From contig CAILOT010000064.1 in NCBI GenBank assembly GCA_903835965.1, forward strand, positions 1,252 to 65,251: a stretch of 64,000 bases of DNA, in the 5' to 3' direction. A program made the translations under genes and the position numbers. This DNA is from an uncultured Opitutia bacterium. Its GTDB lineage: Bacteria > Verrucomicrobiota > Verrucomicrobiia > Opitutales > UBA953. Under the pieces are notes generated by a model. The model saw only the letters and a list, made by a program, of their open reading frames with translations, was not told the origin of the DNA and did no database searches. Of the stretch, positions 46,656 to 57,004 are shown in pieces (the first letter of the stretch is position 1; the number at the start of each line of letters is the position of its first letter).

Positions 46656-48835
46656 AGGAGTCTGATGACGATTTGGTAAACTAGCGCAGCGACAACCCAG
46701 GCCAACGTCGTCATGTAGAAGAACGAAGCCGCGGCCCAACCCCAACCGCCGCTCTCTTGCGCCAGGGTCGCGATCGTCGGCGCACACTGCGAGCACAAGG
46801 CAAAGAAAATCATCAAGGCAAGCACGGCGGCCAAAGAAAATATCTTTTGCCCGGCCCGCGGGCCTTCCGTCCAGCGGGCATCGGCCATCGCCTGTCGTAG
46901 GTGTTGGCTATCGGACTTGGCCCCTTCGCCCAAGGAATAAGTCACGCCGAGCGTCGAGACAATGACCTCACGGGCCGGGAAACTGGCCAAGACGCCGACG
47001 GTGATTTTCCAATCGAAGCCGCAGGGGTCAAAAACCGGCTGGACGGCCTTGCCGAAGCGACCCATCCACGACTGTTCGACATAGGTGGCCTTGACCTTCG
47101 AATCCAACTGCTTGGCCTCCAATGTTGGAAATTCCTGGCGCAAACGTTCAGCGACCTGCGGGTCGCGCGGGAAATAAGAAAGCGCCCACACGATGACCGT
47201 GATGGCGAAGATCACCGTACCGGCCTTCGAGACGAATTCGGCGGCGTTCTGCCACATGCGCCAGACGACATCGCGCGGCTTGGGCAACTGATAGCGAGGG
47301 AGCTCAAGGACGAACGGCTGCGGCCGAACCTTTAAGACAAACCGAGTTAAGATGAAAGCCGTCGGCACCGCGAAAAACAAGCCGACGCAATGCATGCCGA
47401 CCATGACGACCGATTCCCAACCAGGACCGTAGACAGGGCCGATGAAAGCGGCGCACATCAAGGCATAAATCGGGAAGCGCGCCGAGCAGCTCATGAACGG
47501 CACGACGAACGCCGTCGCGAGCCGAGCCTTAGGGTCTTCAATCGTGCGCGTGGATAAAAGCCCCGGGATGGCGCAAGCGAAGCCCGATAACATCGGCACG
47601 AAGCTTTTTCCGTTTAGTCCGCACCAACTGAAGAGCCGATCCATGATGAACGCGGCGCGCGCCATGTAACCGCTGTCTTCCAGGATGCCGACGAACAAGA
47701 ATAAGATTAATATCTGCGGCAAAAAGGCCAGGAAGGCTCCCACGCCGCCGATCATCCCGTCCGTCACCAGGCTTTGCAGCATCGGCGTAGACTCCAAAGT
47801 CGGAGCCACGACGGCCTTCAAGGTGTCCACACCCAGCTGAATCCATTGCATGGGGAACTTCGCGAGCCAGAACACGGAGGCGAAAAGCCCCAACATGATG
47901 CCGGTGAAGAGCACGGGTCCAAAGAATCGATGCAGTAATAATCGGTCGACCGCCGCGGACCGGCTGGCGCGTGCGGTGCCCTCCTTGACGACGCCTTCAA
48001 GCGCCTTACGCAAACGCGCGTAATGCACCAGCGGTTCGGCCGCCAAGGGGTTATACCCCGACTGCCGCACCTTCTCGCGCGCCTGTCGGATAACTGGGTC
48101 GCGCCGTTCCGACCGCCATTGCAACCGTTCCGCCAAGGCAGAATTGGAATCAAAAATTAGCCTCTGGGCTTCCGCCGAAGTGATCTTGCGGCCCATGTCC
48201 TTGAAAATAGCTGCCTTAATATCGTCCAACGCCGCTAAGATTTTTTCCGGCCAAACCACACGCGGTAAAAGTTTTTTGCTTTCGAGGGTCTGCGCGATGG
48301 CACGGCGAACATCGATGACGCCTTCGCCTTTCCAAGCCGAAGCCATGACGACCGGAATCCCGCCTAAGCGTTCGGATAGTAGTATCGTATCGATACGCAG
48401 CCCTTGTTCCTTCGCGACGTCGGCTTGGTTTAGAACCAATGCGACGGGCAGACCTAATTCGGCGAGCTGCGAGGCTAAGAACAGATTGCGCAACAAGTTG
48501 GTCGCATCGGCGACCAAGATCACTGCGTCCGGCTGTCGCTCCCCTGAAATATTTCCAGATAACGCATCGGTGACGACTTGCTCATCCGGGGAGGTAGCAG
48601 CCAATGAGTAGAGCCCGGGGAGGTCGACTAACTCCACTTTGGTGCCATTGCCTAAATCACAGGTGCCTGATTTACGCGCAACCGTCACACCTGGATAGTT
48701 TCCGACCCGTTGCCGTAGTCCGGTCAGGGCATTAAAAAGCGTGGACTTGCCGGTGTTGGGGTTCCCGACGAGCGCGACCATCAAGCCCTGAGTTGGAGAG
48801 CTCACGGCGTTGCCCGGGGGCGTTGGATGGGGCAA
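46652..48835 (-). CDS. feoB: ferrous iron transporter FeoB
   Basis: 727 aa. G-domain motifs GNPNTGKST, DLPG and NQAD, followed by a polytopic membrane domain. Confidence 0.95.
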   Translation of the reverse strand: MPHPTPPGNAVSSPTQGLMVALVGNPNTGKSTLFNALTGLRQRVGNYPGVTVARKSGTCDLGNGTKVELVDLPGLYSLAATSPDEQVVTDALSGNISGERQPDAVILVADATNLLRNLFLASQLAELGLPVALVLNQADVAKEQGLRIDTILLSERLGGIPVVMASAWKGEGVIDVRRAIAQTLESKKLLPRVVWPEKILAALDDIKAAIFKDMGRKITSAEAQRLIFDSNSALAERLQWRSERRDPVIRQAREKVRQSGYNPLAAEPLVHYARLRKALEGVVKEGTARASRSAAVDRLLLHRFFGPVLFTGIMLGLFASVFWLAKFPMQWIQLGVDTLKAVVAPTLESTPMLQSLVTDGMIGGVGAFLAFLPQILILFLFVGILEDSGYMARAAFIMDRLFSWCGLNGKSFVPMLSGFACAIPGLLSTRTIEDPKARLATAFVVPFMSCSARFPIYALMCAAFIGPVYGPGWESVVMVGMHCVGLFFAVPTAFILTRFVLKVRPQPFVLELPRYQLPKPRDVVWRMWQNAAEFVSKAGTVIFAITVIVWALSYFPRDPQVAERLRQEFPTLEAKQLDSKVKATYVEQSWMGRFGKAVQPVFDPCGFDWKITVGVLASFPAREVIVSTLGVTYSLGEGAKSDSQHLRQAMADARWTEGPRAGQKIFSLAAVLALMIFFALCSQCAPTIATLAQESGGWGWAAASFFYMTTLAWVVAALVYQIVIRLL

Positions 48836-49065
48836 TCGGCTGCCACATCGACGATTAGACTCTCGGCTTCCGACAAGCGTAAGCTCACGACCTGGCCTCC
48901 GAACTCGATGGCCAGCGGATCGCCCAAAGGAGCCTTTCGGACCAATTTCAAAACCATCCCCGGCAAGAGCCCTAACGCCATCAAACGCTGATCCACCCCA
49001 CGCTCCGGGTTAAGCGAAGCCAGCTTCCCGAATTGACCGGGCAGAAGTTGGGAAAGCGGAGTCAC
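48802..49065 (-). CDS. feoA: ferrous iron transport protein FeoA
   Basis: 87 aa. SH3-like FeoA pattern (RLMALGLLPGMVLKLVRKAPLGDPLAIEFGGQVVSLRLSEAESLIV). GTG start. Confidence 0.85.
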   Translation of the reverse strand: MTPLSQLLPGQFGKLASLNPERGVDQRLMALGLLPGMVLKLVRKAPLGDPLAIEFGGQVVSLRLSEAESLIVDVAADCPIQRPRATP

Positions 49066-49071
49066 GCTAGA

Positions 49072-49086
49072 TGAGAATGAGTCTCA
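49072..49086. promoter_or_regulatory. possible Fur-box-like 7-1-7 inverted repeat upstream of feoA
   Basis: TGAGAATgAGTCTCA, compared with the Fur 7-1-7 core TGATAATnATTATCA. It lies 7-21 nt upstream of the feoA GTG. Confidence 0.25.
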
Positions 49087-49184
49087 AAAATAGCCCCATA
49101 GGAGGCACTGTCAACGCCGTCCTAGCCTAATTAGGCAAATGCGTTGCCTGCCAAGCCTCCTTGGAACTGCCTATTCTGACCGCG

Positions 49185-50699
49185 ATGACCCTCCCTAAGC
49201 CCATCCCCGATGCGACTCCTCACGTCCCCGAGGTCTTGCACACCGGCGGGATCAGTGGCCACCCCAAGGGCCTGAGTATGCTCTTCTTCGCGGAGATGTG
49301 GGAGCGATTCTCTTACTACGGCATGCGGGCGCTCTTACTGCTCTTCATGGTCGCGCCGGTGGCGATGGGCGGCCTGGGCTTCGAACAAAAATACGCTGCC
49401 CAGATTTACGGGAATTACACCATGGCGAGCTACATGGTCTGCATCCTCGGCGGTTACCTCGCCGATAATTTCATCGGGGCGCGACGGGCGGTCTTGATCG
49501 GTGGTTTCATCATCACCGCCGGACACTACACCTTGGCGATTGATTCGATTCCAAGTTTTTACCTTGGGCTCATCTTAGTCGCGCTGGGTACCGGACTGCT
49601 TAAGCCTAGCATCAGCACGCTTGTCGGCGGATTGTACGCCCGGGGCGATCATCGCCGCGATGCCGGCTTCTCGCTCTTTTATATGGGCATCAATCTCGGA
49701 GCTTTTGCCGCTCCGCTGGTCGTAGGCTGGCTCGCCCAAGGGGAACAGTTTAAGGCCATGCTTCTGTCTTGGGGGCTCGACCCGCTGCATAGTTGGCACT
49801 GGGGCTTCGGCGCCGCCGGCCTCGGGATGACCTTTGGAATGTGGACCTACCTTCGTCGGCTTAAACTCCTCGGACACATCGGTCATGCGCCGGAACGCGA
49901 CACTCCGCGCCCATGGCTGCAGCTCATGATGGTTACGCTCGGGACGGTTTTGCTCTTGGGACTCATGATCGCCTCAGACCATTTCGCCTGGATCAATCCC
50001 TTCGTCTATGCGCTGCCGGTCGCAGGCGTGATTTATTTTGGCCTCATGAAGAAGGACGAAGACAGCCACCGGATTGCCGCCATCTTGGTCTTCTTCATTG
50101 CGGCGATCATTTTCTGGGCCGTCTTCGAACAGGCCGGGTCCTCGCTCACACTCTTCGCCGACGAACTCACGCATCATGAAGTGGCGGGCTGGGCCTACCC
50201 TTCCTCCTGGTTCCAATCCGTCAACTCGCTCTTCATCCTCGCGCTCGCACCGCTCTTCGCCTGGGGCTGGGTTCGGCTCGGCACGCGCCAACCGTCCGTC
50301 CCGGGCAAGTTCGTCCTCGGCCTCGTCTTCTTGGGCATATCTTTCTTATTATTGGTCCCCGCCGCGCAGCTTACTGCGAGCGGTAAAGTCAGCCCATGGT
50401 GGCTCATCGCCGTGTACTTCTTGCAGACGCTCGGCGAACTTTGCCTCAGCCCAGTCGGGCTCAGCACGATGAGCAAGCTCGCTCCCGCCAAGCTGACGGG
50501 GCTGATCATGGGTCTGTGGTTCTTAGGAACAGCCTTGGGCAACAAACTCGCTGGGGTCTTGGCCGAAGATTTTTCGTCCAAAGATCCGGTCTTACTTTCG
50601 CGCTTCTTCCTGAACCAAGCCTTGACGGTCGGGGTCGTGACGATCGGCCTGCTGGCCATGGTGCCTTGGGTGAAGCGGCGGATGGGCAAGCACCCCTGA
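49185..50699 (+). CDS. POT/PTR2 family di-/tripeptide:proton symporter
   Basis: GHPKGLSMLFFAEMWERFSYYGMRALLLLFM is the ExxERFxYY POT signature. 14 hydrophobic segments. ATG at 49185 is preferred over the track's TTG at 49161. Confidence 0.85.
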   Translation: MTLPKPIPDATPHVPEVLHTGGISGHPKGLSMLFFAEMWERFSYYGMRALLLLFMVAPVAMGGLGFEQKYAAQIYGNYTMASYMVCILGGYLADNFIGARRAVLIGGFIITAGHYTLAIDSIPSFYLGLILVALGTGLLKPSISTLVGGLYARGDHRRDAGFSLFYMGINLGAFAAPLVVGWLAQGEQFKAMLLSWGLDPLHSWHWGFGAAGLGMTFGMWTYLRRLKLLGHIGHAPERDTPRPWLQLMMVTLGTVLLLGLMIASDHFAWINPFVYALPVAGVIYFGLMKKDEDSHRIAAILVFFIAAIIFWAVFEQAGSSLTLFADELTHHEVAGWAYPSSWFQSVNSLFILALAPLFAWGWVRLGTRQPSVPGKFVLGLVFLGISFLLLVPAAQLTASGKVSPWWLIAVYFLQTLGELCLSPVGLSTMSKLAPAKLTGLIMGLWFLGTALGNKLAGVLAEDFSSKDPVLLSRFFLNQALTVGVVTIGLLAMVPWVKRRMGKHP

Positions 50700-50709
50700 A
50701 GTGCTACGC

Positions 50710-51480
50710 TTAGGCCAGTTCGGCCGCAATCCGCACCGATACCGGACAATGGTCCGATCCTGTCACTTGATCGTGGATCTCGGGCGCCGACCACTTGAGC
50801 CCTTCGGATGTCAGGCAATAATCCAAGCGCCATCCAATGTTTCGGGCGCGGATACCGGGCCGATAACTCCACCAACTGTAGCGCTGTTTGACGTCAGGGT
50901 GGTGCGCGCGAAAGGTATCAACAAAACCCTGTTGCTGGAGCAGTTTAGTAAAGGACTCGCGCTCCTCATCGGTGAATCCCGCGTTCCGGCGATTCGTCGA
51001 AGGATTGGCTAAATCTATTTCCGCGTGCGCCACATTGAGATCACCGCATACGACCAAAGGCTTTTTTTGTGCGAGCTTCGCAAGGTAGCGCTGAAAATCC
51101 GCATCCCATTGCAAACGATAGTCCAACCGCTCCAACTCGCGTTGGGAATTAGGCACGTAAGCGCTCACGACGTAACAACCGCGAAATTCAGCAGTGACGA
51201 CGCGTCCTTCGGCAGGGTGATCGCCGGGAAAATCCAAAGCCACGGACAGTGGTTCGTGCTTGGAAAGGATGGCCGTACCCGAGTAGCCCTTCTTCTCCGC
51301 CTCATGCCAGACCTGATGGGCAAAAGGCAACCCAAGGCTCTGGGCCGTCGCCGTTTCACATTTGGTCTCTTGCAGGCAAAGCACATCGGGATCGGACGCC
51401 TGGATGAAATCGATGAGCCCCTTACCCAAGGCGGAGCGAACGCCGTTGACGTTCCATGAAAAGATTTTGGCTTGGCTCAC
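50710..51480 (-). CDS. xthA: exodeoxyribonuclease III
   Basis: 256 aa. IFSWNVNGVRS, LCLQETK, GDLNVAH and SDHCPV motifs. Confidence 0.9.
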   Translation of the reverse strand: MSQAKIFSWNVNGVRSALGKGLIDFIQASDPDVLCLQETKCETATAQSLGLPFAHQVWHEAEKKGYSGTAILSKHEPLSVALDFPGDHPAEGRVVTAEFRGCYVVSAYVPNSQRELERLDYRLQWDADFQRYLAKLAQKKPLVVCGDLNVAHAEIDLANPSTNRRNAGFTDEERESFTKLLQQQGFVDTFRAHHPDVKQRYSWWSYRPGIRARNIGWRLDYCLTSEGLKWSAPEIHDQVTGSDHCPVSVRIAAELA

Positions 51481-52334
51481 TTCGTCGGAGACTTGAAGAG
51501 CGTGTTCATTTTCTTATCCAAATCTTCCTTGGCATCAGCCGGCTTCGCAACTTCCGCCGCAGGAGCTACGGGGGCGGAGGGAGTCGACGTAGGCGACACG
51601 GCAGGCTTACGGCCGAAAAGCGTGTCTATTTTTTCGTCCAAGGTTGCCGGACCCTTCGGTACGACCGGCTTTTCTGGCTCGGCCGGTGCGGCAACGACCG
51701 CGGTCGGAGCCATGGCAGGAGACGGAATTACCGTAGCCGGAACAGAGACGGCGACTGGAGTCGAGGCAGCGAGCGAACCCGTTGACGCAGGCGTCGCCAC
51801 AGCGGGAACCTCCGAAGACGCCTTCACGAAAGGCAGCGGCTGATTGCTTCCATTCGCAAACAACTCTTGAGCCTTTTTGCGGACCAAGGCTTCAAAGTTT
51901 GTCAGGCGGCTATCGATTTCGAATTTCACGCCTCGCGAACGGACTTCAAGGATGCCCGCGCCGAACACTTTTGAGACCTGCAATGAATCACCCATCGCCA
52001 GCGTCGTCTCGCTGATTTTCTTACCCCCTTCGATGACGGGAGAACTGTATGCCTTAATCATCACCACCGAAGTCGGCCAAAGCGCCGGGCGCTCGTTGAT
52101 GGCGACGTAATCTAAAGCCGGCAAAGCCGAGACGCCGGAAGCGACCTTGCTGGCCGACCCTTCGGCGGCGGGAGCGGACTCGGGCTTAGTGACGGTCGGG
52201 GCGGCTTCGCTCTTGGCGACAGCCGGAGCGTTCGTCACGACAATCGAAAAGCTTGGTTGCAAGATAAGCGTCGCGACGGCGCCGAGCACGATGCCTCCCA
52301 ATAAAAGGAGAAGAGAACGTAAAAGTGATGACAT
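51477..52334 (-). CDS. hypothetical membrane-anchored Ala/Pro-rich protein
   Basis: 285 aa. N-terminal TM segment, an SH3-like central segment, and a duplicated C-terminal motif (LDEKIDTLFGRKP / LDKKMNTLFKSP). 4-nt overlap with xthA. Confidence 0.5.
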   Translation of the reverse strand: MSSLLRSLLLLLGGIVLGAVATLILQPSFSIVVTNAPAVAKSEAAPTVTKPESAPAAEGSASKVASGVSALPALDYVAINERPALWPTSVVMIKAYSSPVIEGGKKISETTLAMGDSLQVSKVFGAGILEVRSRGVKFEIDSRLTNFEALVRKKAQELFANGSNQPLPFVKASSEVPAVATPASTGSLAASTPVAVSVPATVIPSPAMAPTAVVAAPAEPEKPVVPKGPATLDEKIDTLFGRKPAVSPTSTPSAPVAPAAEVAKPADAKEDLDKKMNTLFKSPTK

Positions 52335-52351
52335 GGCCTGGCTGGTGGAAA

Positions 52352-53926
52352 TTATGATCCGGCTTTGATCTCGATCACGTCGTGAGGAGCGGCTTCGCGC
52401 AGACCTGCTGGGGTGATCCGGATGTAGCGAGCCAACGCCCGATGTTCGGTCAGATTATTGGCTCCGAGATAACCAAGTCCGCTTTGAACCCCGCCGGCCA
52501 GACTGCCCAGCACCTGGTCGACCGTTCCGGAAACTTCCTTAAGAGCTTCGATACCCTCGGCGGCGACTTTGTTAAATTTACCACTGGCCGAATGGCCGTA
52601 GCGCGCGGCGGAACCTTTGCGCATCGCTTCGTGCGAACCCATGCCGCGATATTCCTTATATGTCTTGCCGTTGATTTCCATCAGCTTGCCAGGGGCTTCA
52701 CGACTACCTGCGAGCAAGCCACCGAGGATCACCGCATCAGCTAGCGTAAGCGCTTTGACGATGTCGCCGCTCTTGGTGATGCCACCATCGGCGAGGATAC
52801 GGACTCCCTTTTGGGCGGCGGCCCGGGAGGCGACATAAAGCGCGGTGAGCTGGGGAATGCCGACACCAGCGACGATACGCGTCGTGCAGATTGATCCAGG
52901 GCCTTGGCCGATTTTGATCGTGTCGGCTCCAGCGGCCGCGAGAAATTCGACGCCCTCGCCGCTGGTGACATTGCCGGCGATCAGCGTAAGGCCTTTGTGC
53001 GCCTTGCGGAGCATGCGAACGGCATCGCCGACGCCCTTGGTGTGACCATGCGCCGTGGAGATTGCCAAAGCATCTGCGCCTTCCTCCACCAAAGCGGCCG
53101 CATGGGCCAGGAAGCGAGCCCGATCGATTTCGCCATCGGCGTTACGTGGGACTGAAATGGCAACCCCGACCCGGAGTCGAAACCCTGAGTCGCGCGTTGG
53201 ACGGACGTGCGCCCGAGACTCTTCGGAGATACGCTCGATATCGCTGAGCGTGAAAAGGCCGCGAAGTTTATTCTTTGCGTCGACCACCAATAATTTGTTT
53301 TGCCCGACGTGCTCAGAGAAGAGCTTATCTGCCTTGGCAATCGGGTCTTTCCCGAGGTCTTTTTCCACGACGGTAAAGATCCGGTCGCGCGGCACCATGA
53401 CGGCAGCGACCTTGCGTTGACCGTGACGCTCTTTGACGGCGCTTCCGGGAAGTAGCCCGAGGAGGGTATTATCCGGGCCGACGACCGGGAAGGTACTGAA
53501 GGCCAAGCCGTCGTGCTCGATTCGGGCGAGCACCTGCGCGATCGTATCCTCGGGGGAGACCCCCGCGGGATCGCCGATCATTCCGTGAATATGGTTTTTG
53601 ACCCGACGCACTTCGGCCACCTGGTCGGCCTCCGTCATATTGTAATGTAGGAGACCCAGCCCCCCGTTAAGCGCCATCGCGATGGCCATCCGGTGCTCCG
53701 TGACGGTATCCATGTCCGATGACACGATCGGTAAAGACAACGGCAGGAAGTCGGAAAGCGAGGTGTCGAGACGGGTCATCCGTGGGAGCACCTCTGAATA
53801 GCGGGTGGCCAGCGAGACGTCGTCGTAGGTCAGCCCTAAGCCGGCCGTTGACGGAAAGAATTCGTCAGCGGGTAGGTAAAAGCGTTCGTCGAGGGAAACG
53901 CGGCCCTTGGATTTGGGAGAGGCCAT
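52352..53926 (-). CDS. guaB: IMP dehydrogenase
   Basis: GLTYDDVSL, a CBS pair, [20 protein letters not shown] (catalytic Cys loop) and GGLLAGS. Start taken at MASPKSK. The ORF track extends to 53977. Confidence 0.9.
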   Translation of the reverse strand: MASPKSKGRVSLDERFYLPADEFFPSTAGLGLTYDDVSLATRYSEVLPRMTRLDTSLSDFLPLSLPIVSSDMDTVTEHRMAIAMALNGGLGLLHYNMTEADQVAEVRRVKNHIHGMIGDPAGVSPEDTIAQVLARIEHDGLAFSTFPVVGPDNTLLGLLPGSAVKERHGQRKVAAVMVPRDRIFTVVEKDLGKDPIAKADKLFSEHVGQNKLLVVDAKNKLRGLFTLSDIERISEESRAHVRPTRDSGFRLRVGVAISVPRNADGEIDRARFLAHAAALVEEGADALAISTAHGHTKGVGDAVRMLRKAHKGLTLIAGNVTSGEGVEFLAAAGADTIKIGQGPGSICTTRIVAGVGIPQLTALYVASRAAAQKGVRILADGGITKSGDIVKALTLADAVILGGLLAGSREAPGKLMEINGKTYKEYRGMGSHEAMRKGSAARYGHSASGKFNKVAAEGIEALKEVSGTVDQVLGSLAGGVQSGLGYLGANNLTEHRALARYIRITPAGLREAAPHDVIEIKAGS

Positions 53927-54018
53927 GGCAGGTCGGTTTCCCCAAAGGGTGTTAGGCACCCCCCGCCTTGGAGGCAAATTGTTTTTGCGACTTGGGCTCG
54001 ATTCATGACAGTGACGGG

Positions 54019-54960
54019 ATGAAAGGAGGCTTTTTCGATTTCAAGCGGGTCCGCCGACGCTTTCGCTCACCATTGGCAACCGGGGCCGGCAGCGTCGATG
54101 CGGTCGATCGAGTGTTGCTCCGGTGCCAAAGCGAAACCGGGGTAGGCTACGGAGAAATCGCCCCATGGCCGGGCTTCCCCTCCGAAACGATCGACCAAGC
54201 CATCGAAGTCATGCGCTCGGCCCAAGGAAACTTTTCGCACCTTAGCTCAACCGTCCAAGCCTCCCGCGCTGCCCTACCCTGCTTGGCGGCGGCCATGTCC
54301 AGTTGTGCACATTGGTCGGTGATCGCTGCGTACGACGGCGCACTGCCGTGTGCGGGCCTAGTCGCTTTATCGGGCGACGATACCGCAGCAAAGATCGCCG
54401 CCGGCTTCCAGACTTTAAAAATAAAAATATCTTCCGATACGCCGGAAGCCGCCATTCGCGAACTCTTCCACCGCTTCGACGGACAAGTCCGTCTCGATGC
54501 GAACGGTTCGCTCGATCTCACGGCGGCGCGTGCTTGGACCGATTTTACGCGAAACGAAAAGCGCGTGGAGTTCCTGGAACAGCCCCTACCGATTGGACAT
54601 CCGGGTTACGCCTCACTGGGCCAAGATAAAATCGCGCTCGATGAATCGTTCCTTACGCCCGCCGGAAACGATTGGCCTGGCCTCGTCGTGGTGAAACCTT
54701 TGCTCGCCGGCGACTGGACCGAGCTCAGAGCTTGGCGGGAGCAACGTCCTGGTCCCGTCGTTTATTCCTCCTGCTTTGAGACCGCCATCGGGCGCCAAGC
54801 TGCATTGTGGCTCGCCTCCCTTGATCCTTCTGCCGGGACCGTCGGCTTCGACACCGTTGGCCGTTTTGAGCACGACGCTCGCGATCGTCATGCCGGCGGG
54901 CCCATGGCGCGCGGGCTGGTCGATTTCGATTGGGACGCTTTTTGGCGGGAAATCTCGTGA
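54019..54960 (+). CDS. menC: o-succinylbenzoate synthase-like enolase-superfamily protein
   Basis: About 313 aa. [29 protein letters not shown] and IALDES metal-ligand pattern. Adjacent to the menE-like gene. Confidence 0.65.
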   Translation: MKGGFFDFKRVRRRFRSPLATGAGSVDAVDRVLLRCQSETGVGYGEIAPWPGFPSETIDQAIEVMRSAQGNFSHLSSTVQASRAALPCLAAAMSSCAHWSVIAAYDGALPCAGLVALSGDDTAAKIAAGFQTLKIKISSDTPEAAIRELFHRFDGQVRLDANGSLDLTAARAWTDFTRNEKRVEFLEQPLPIGHPGYASLGQDKIALDESFLTPAGNDWPGLVVVKPLLAGDWTELRAWREQRPGPVVYSSCFETAIGRQAALWLASLDPSAGTVGFDTVGRFEHDARDRHAGGPMARGLVDFDWDAFWREIS

Positions 54961-56162
54961 GCGGCCTTGCGGTCTTCCACTCGGATTACGCCGAACATCT
55001 TCGGGAAACCTTAGCCGCGCACGATGCGGGTATCCCGACGTTCTTGGGTAACCCGCAATGGGGCGAAGCAGAGATGCGCGAAGCCGCCCGCCAAATCCCC
55101 GCGGGCGTCAACGTGGCCGGCAAGGGACCCGTCCCCGTCGGGCTTGGCCCCTGTGATTGGCATTTAGGCTGGGCAGGACGTATCATGATTCCTTCCGGCG
55201 GTACGGGCGGTCGGATTAAATTTATCATCCATGACGCGAACACCCTGCGCGCAGCGGCACGCTCCTTGCGTGATGCTCTGGTAGGGCAAGGCTTCAGCCC
55301 GACGTTAAATTGCGCCATCGTCACGCCTCCGTGGCACGTCAGCGGACTCATGCCGGCGATACGGGCGCGTGAAACCTCGGGGGCTTTTGCCGTGCTCAAC
55401 GGCCGCTTCACGCCGGACGAACCATTACCATCTGTACCACTACCGACTTCTGGTACGCGCATCCTCTCACTCGTTCCTACTCAGCTGTCTCGCCTCTTAG
55501 GCATGACCATAGGAGCGAACTGGCTTCGCCAATTCGATGTCATTCTCCTCGGTGGTTCGTTGCTACCATCTCCGCTACGTGAGCGAATCGGCGCGCTCCG
55601 TTTACCGGTTTATGTCACCTACGGCATGACGGAAACCGCCGCCGCCTGCGCGCTTTGTCCTCCGAAGCTCGTTTGGAGTAAGGCCGAATTACGAGGTTCG
55701 CCTTTGCCGGACGTAAAATTCCATGCATCAAACGGCCTCTTGCAGATTTCGACACCCGCACTGGGTCGTGGCATCTGGCCTAACCTTCCTTTGGAGCAAC
55801 CCTACCTAACCACCGATCGCGGCGACGTTGGATCCGATGGCACGATCAAAGTCCACGGGCGAGCGGACCAAGTAATATTAACCGGGGGCGAAAAAGTGGA
55901 TCCGTCTCGCGTTGAGCACGCCTTCCTCGCCAGCGGCATTATTTCCGAAGTAAAGGTTTTCGGACGACCCGACGCAACCTGGGGCGAAGCCGTGACGGCC
56001 TGCGTCGTTGGCGATCCTGCGATCGAAGCAGCCTTGCGAAATGTTGCGGATACCTTGGAGCCAGCCGCTCGCCCCAAACAATATGTCTTCGTCGCCAGCC
56101 TGCCGACCGATGAACGCGGCAAATTTGACCGCTCGGCGGTGCTAGCGAAGTTAAAGACTTAA
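54930..56162 (+). CDS. menE: o-succinylbenzoate-CoA ligase-like AMP-binding enzyme (compact form)
   Basis: 410 aa. [12 protein letters not shown] (P-loop of adenylate-forming enzymes), YGMTETAA, and [26 protein letters not shown]. The N-terminal subdomain is shorter than in typical MenE. It overlaps menC by 31 nt. Confidence 0.6.
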   Translation: MGRFLAGNLVSGLAVFHSDYAEHLRETLAAHDAGIPTFLGNPQWGEAEMREAARQIPAGVNVAGKGPVPVGLGPCDWHLGWAGRIMIPSGGTGGRIKFIIHDANTLRAAARSLRDALVGQGFSPTLNCAIVTPPWHVSGLMPAIRARETSGAFAVLNGRFTPDEPLPSVPLPTSGTRILSLVPTQLSRLLGMTIGANWLRQFDVILLGGSLLPSPLRERIGALRLPVYVTYGMTETAAACALCPPKLVWSKAELRGSPLPDVKFHASNGLLQISTPALGRGIWPNLPLEQPYLTTDRGDVGSDGTIKVHGRADQVILTGGEKVDPSRVEHAFLASGIISEVKVFGRPDATWGEAVTACVVGDPAIEAALRNVADTLEPAARPKQYVFVASLPTDERGKFDRSAVLAKLKT

Positions 56163-56953
56163 GCGCGAACGGCTTTCCAGACGCGCAGGCAGGATTCCAC
56201 TAGGGCCGGGAAATCAGCCAGGGGCACTTGGCTTGGGCCGTCAGAGATGGCTTTGGTCGGATCGGGATGCGTCTCCATGAAGAGCCCGTCGGCGCCGGCC
56301 GCGAGCGCCGCCTTGGCCAGCACAGGAACATATTCGCGCTGTCCGCCGGATGAACCACCAGCGGCACCGGGGAGCTGGACCGCATGCGTTGCGTCCATAA
56401 TCGTGGGGTGACCAAAGCCAGCCATGATTGGGAACGAACGCATATCGACGATCAAGTTCTGGTAACCGAAGGTCGTACCGCGATCCGTCTGCCAGATTTC
56501 CGCAGCCTTCGCGCCTTCGAGTTTATCGACGACGAAGCGCATCTCAAACGGCGAAAGGAATTGTCCCTTCTTCACGTTCACCACTCGGCCGGTCTTAGCG
56601 GCGGCGACAAGCAAGTCGGTCTGGCGGCACATGAAGGCCGGGATTTGCAAAACGTCGACGACTTTGCCGACGGTCTCACATTGCTCCGGGCCATGGATGT
56701 CCGTGAGGACGGAGAAGCCGTAATCCTTTTTTACCATCGCTAGCAAATCTAGGCCTGCCTGCATGCCTGGGCCGCGATCGCCGCCCAACGACGTGCGATT
56801 CGCCTTATCATAAGAACCTTTGAAAATGATGTTAAGCTCCGGATGCCGCGCCGCGAGAACCTTGAGCTCCTGGGCGACCGTCCGACAATTGGCCTCCGAT
56901 TCAAGGGAACAGGGACCTGCGATGAGGAGCAGACGGCGCTTATCGTGCAGCAT
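56159..56953 (-). CDS. kdsA: 3-deoxy-8-phosphooctulonate synthase
   Basis: 264 aa. [40 protein letters not shown] and [10 protein letters not shown]. Confidence 0.9.
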   Translation of the reverse strand: MLHDKRRLLLIAGPCSLESEANCRTVAQELKVLAARHPELNIIFKGSYDKANRTSLGGDRGPGMQAGLDLLAMVKKDYGFSVLTDIHGPEQCETVGKVVDVLQIPAFMCRQTDLLVAAAKTGRVVNVKKGQFLSPFEMRFVVDKLEGAKAAEIWQTDRGTTFGYQNLIVDMRSFPIMAGFGHPTIMDATHAVQLPGAAGGSSGGQREYVPVLAKAALAAGADGLFMETHPDPTKAISDGPSQVPLADFPALVESCLRVWKAVRA

Positions 56954-57004
56954 GCGTCAGATTAGGACGGCCCCACGGCCAAGGGCGAGCCGGAAGAAAA
57001 CGAC

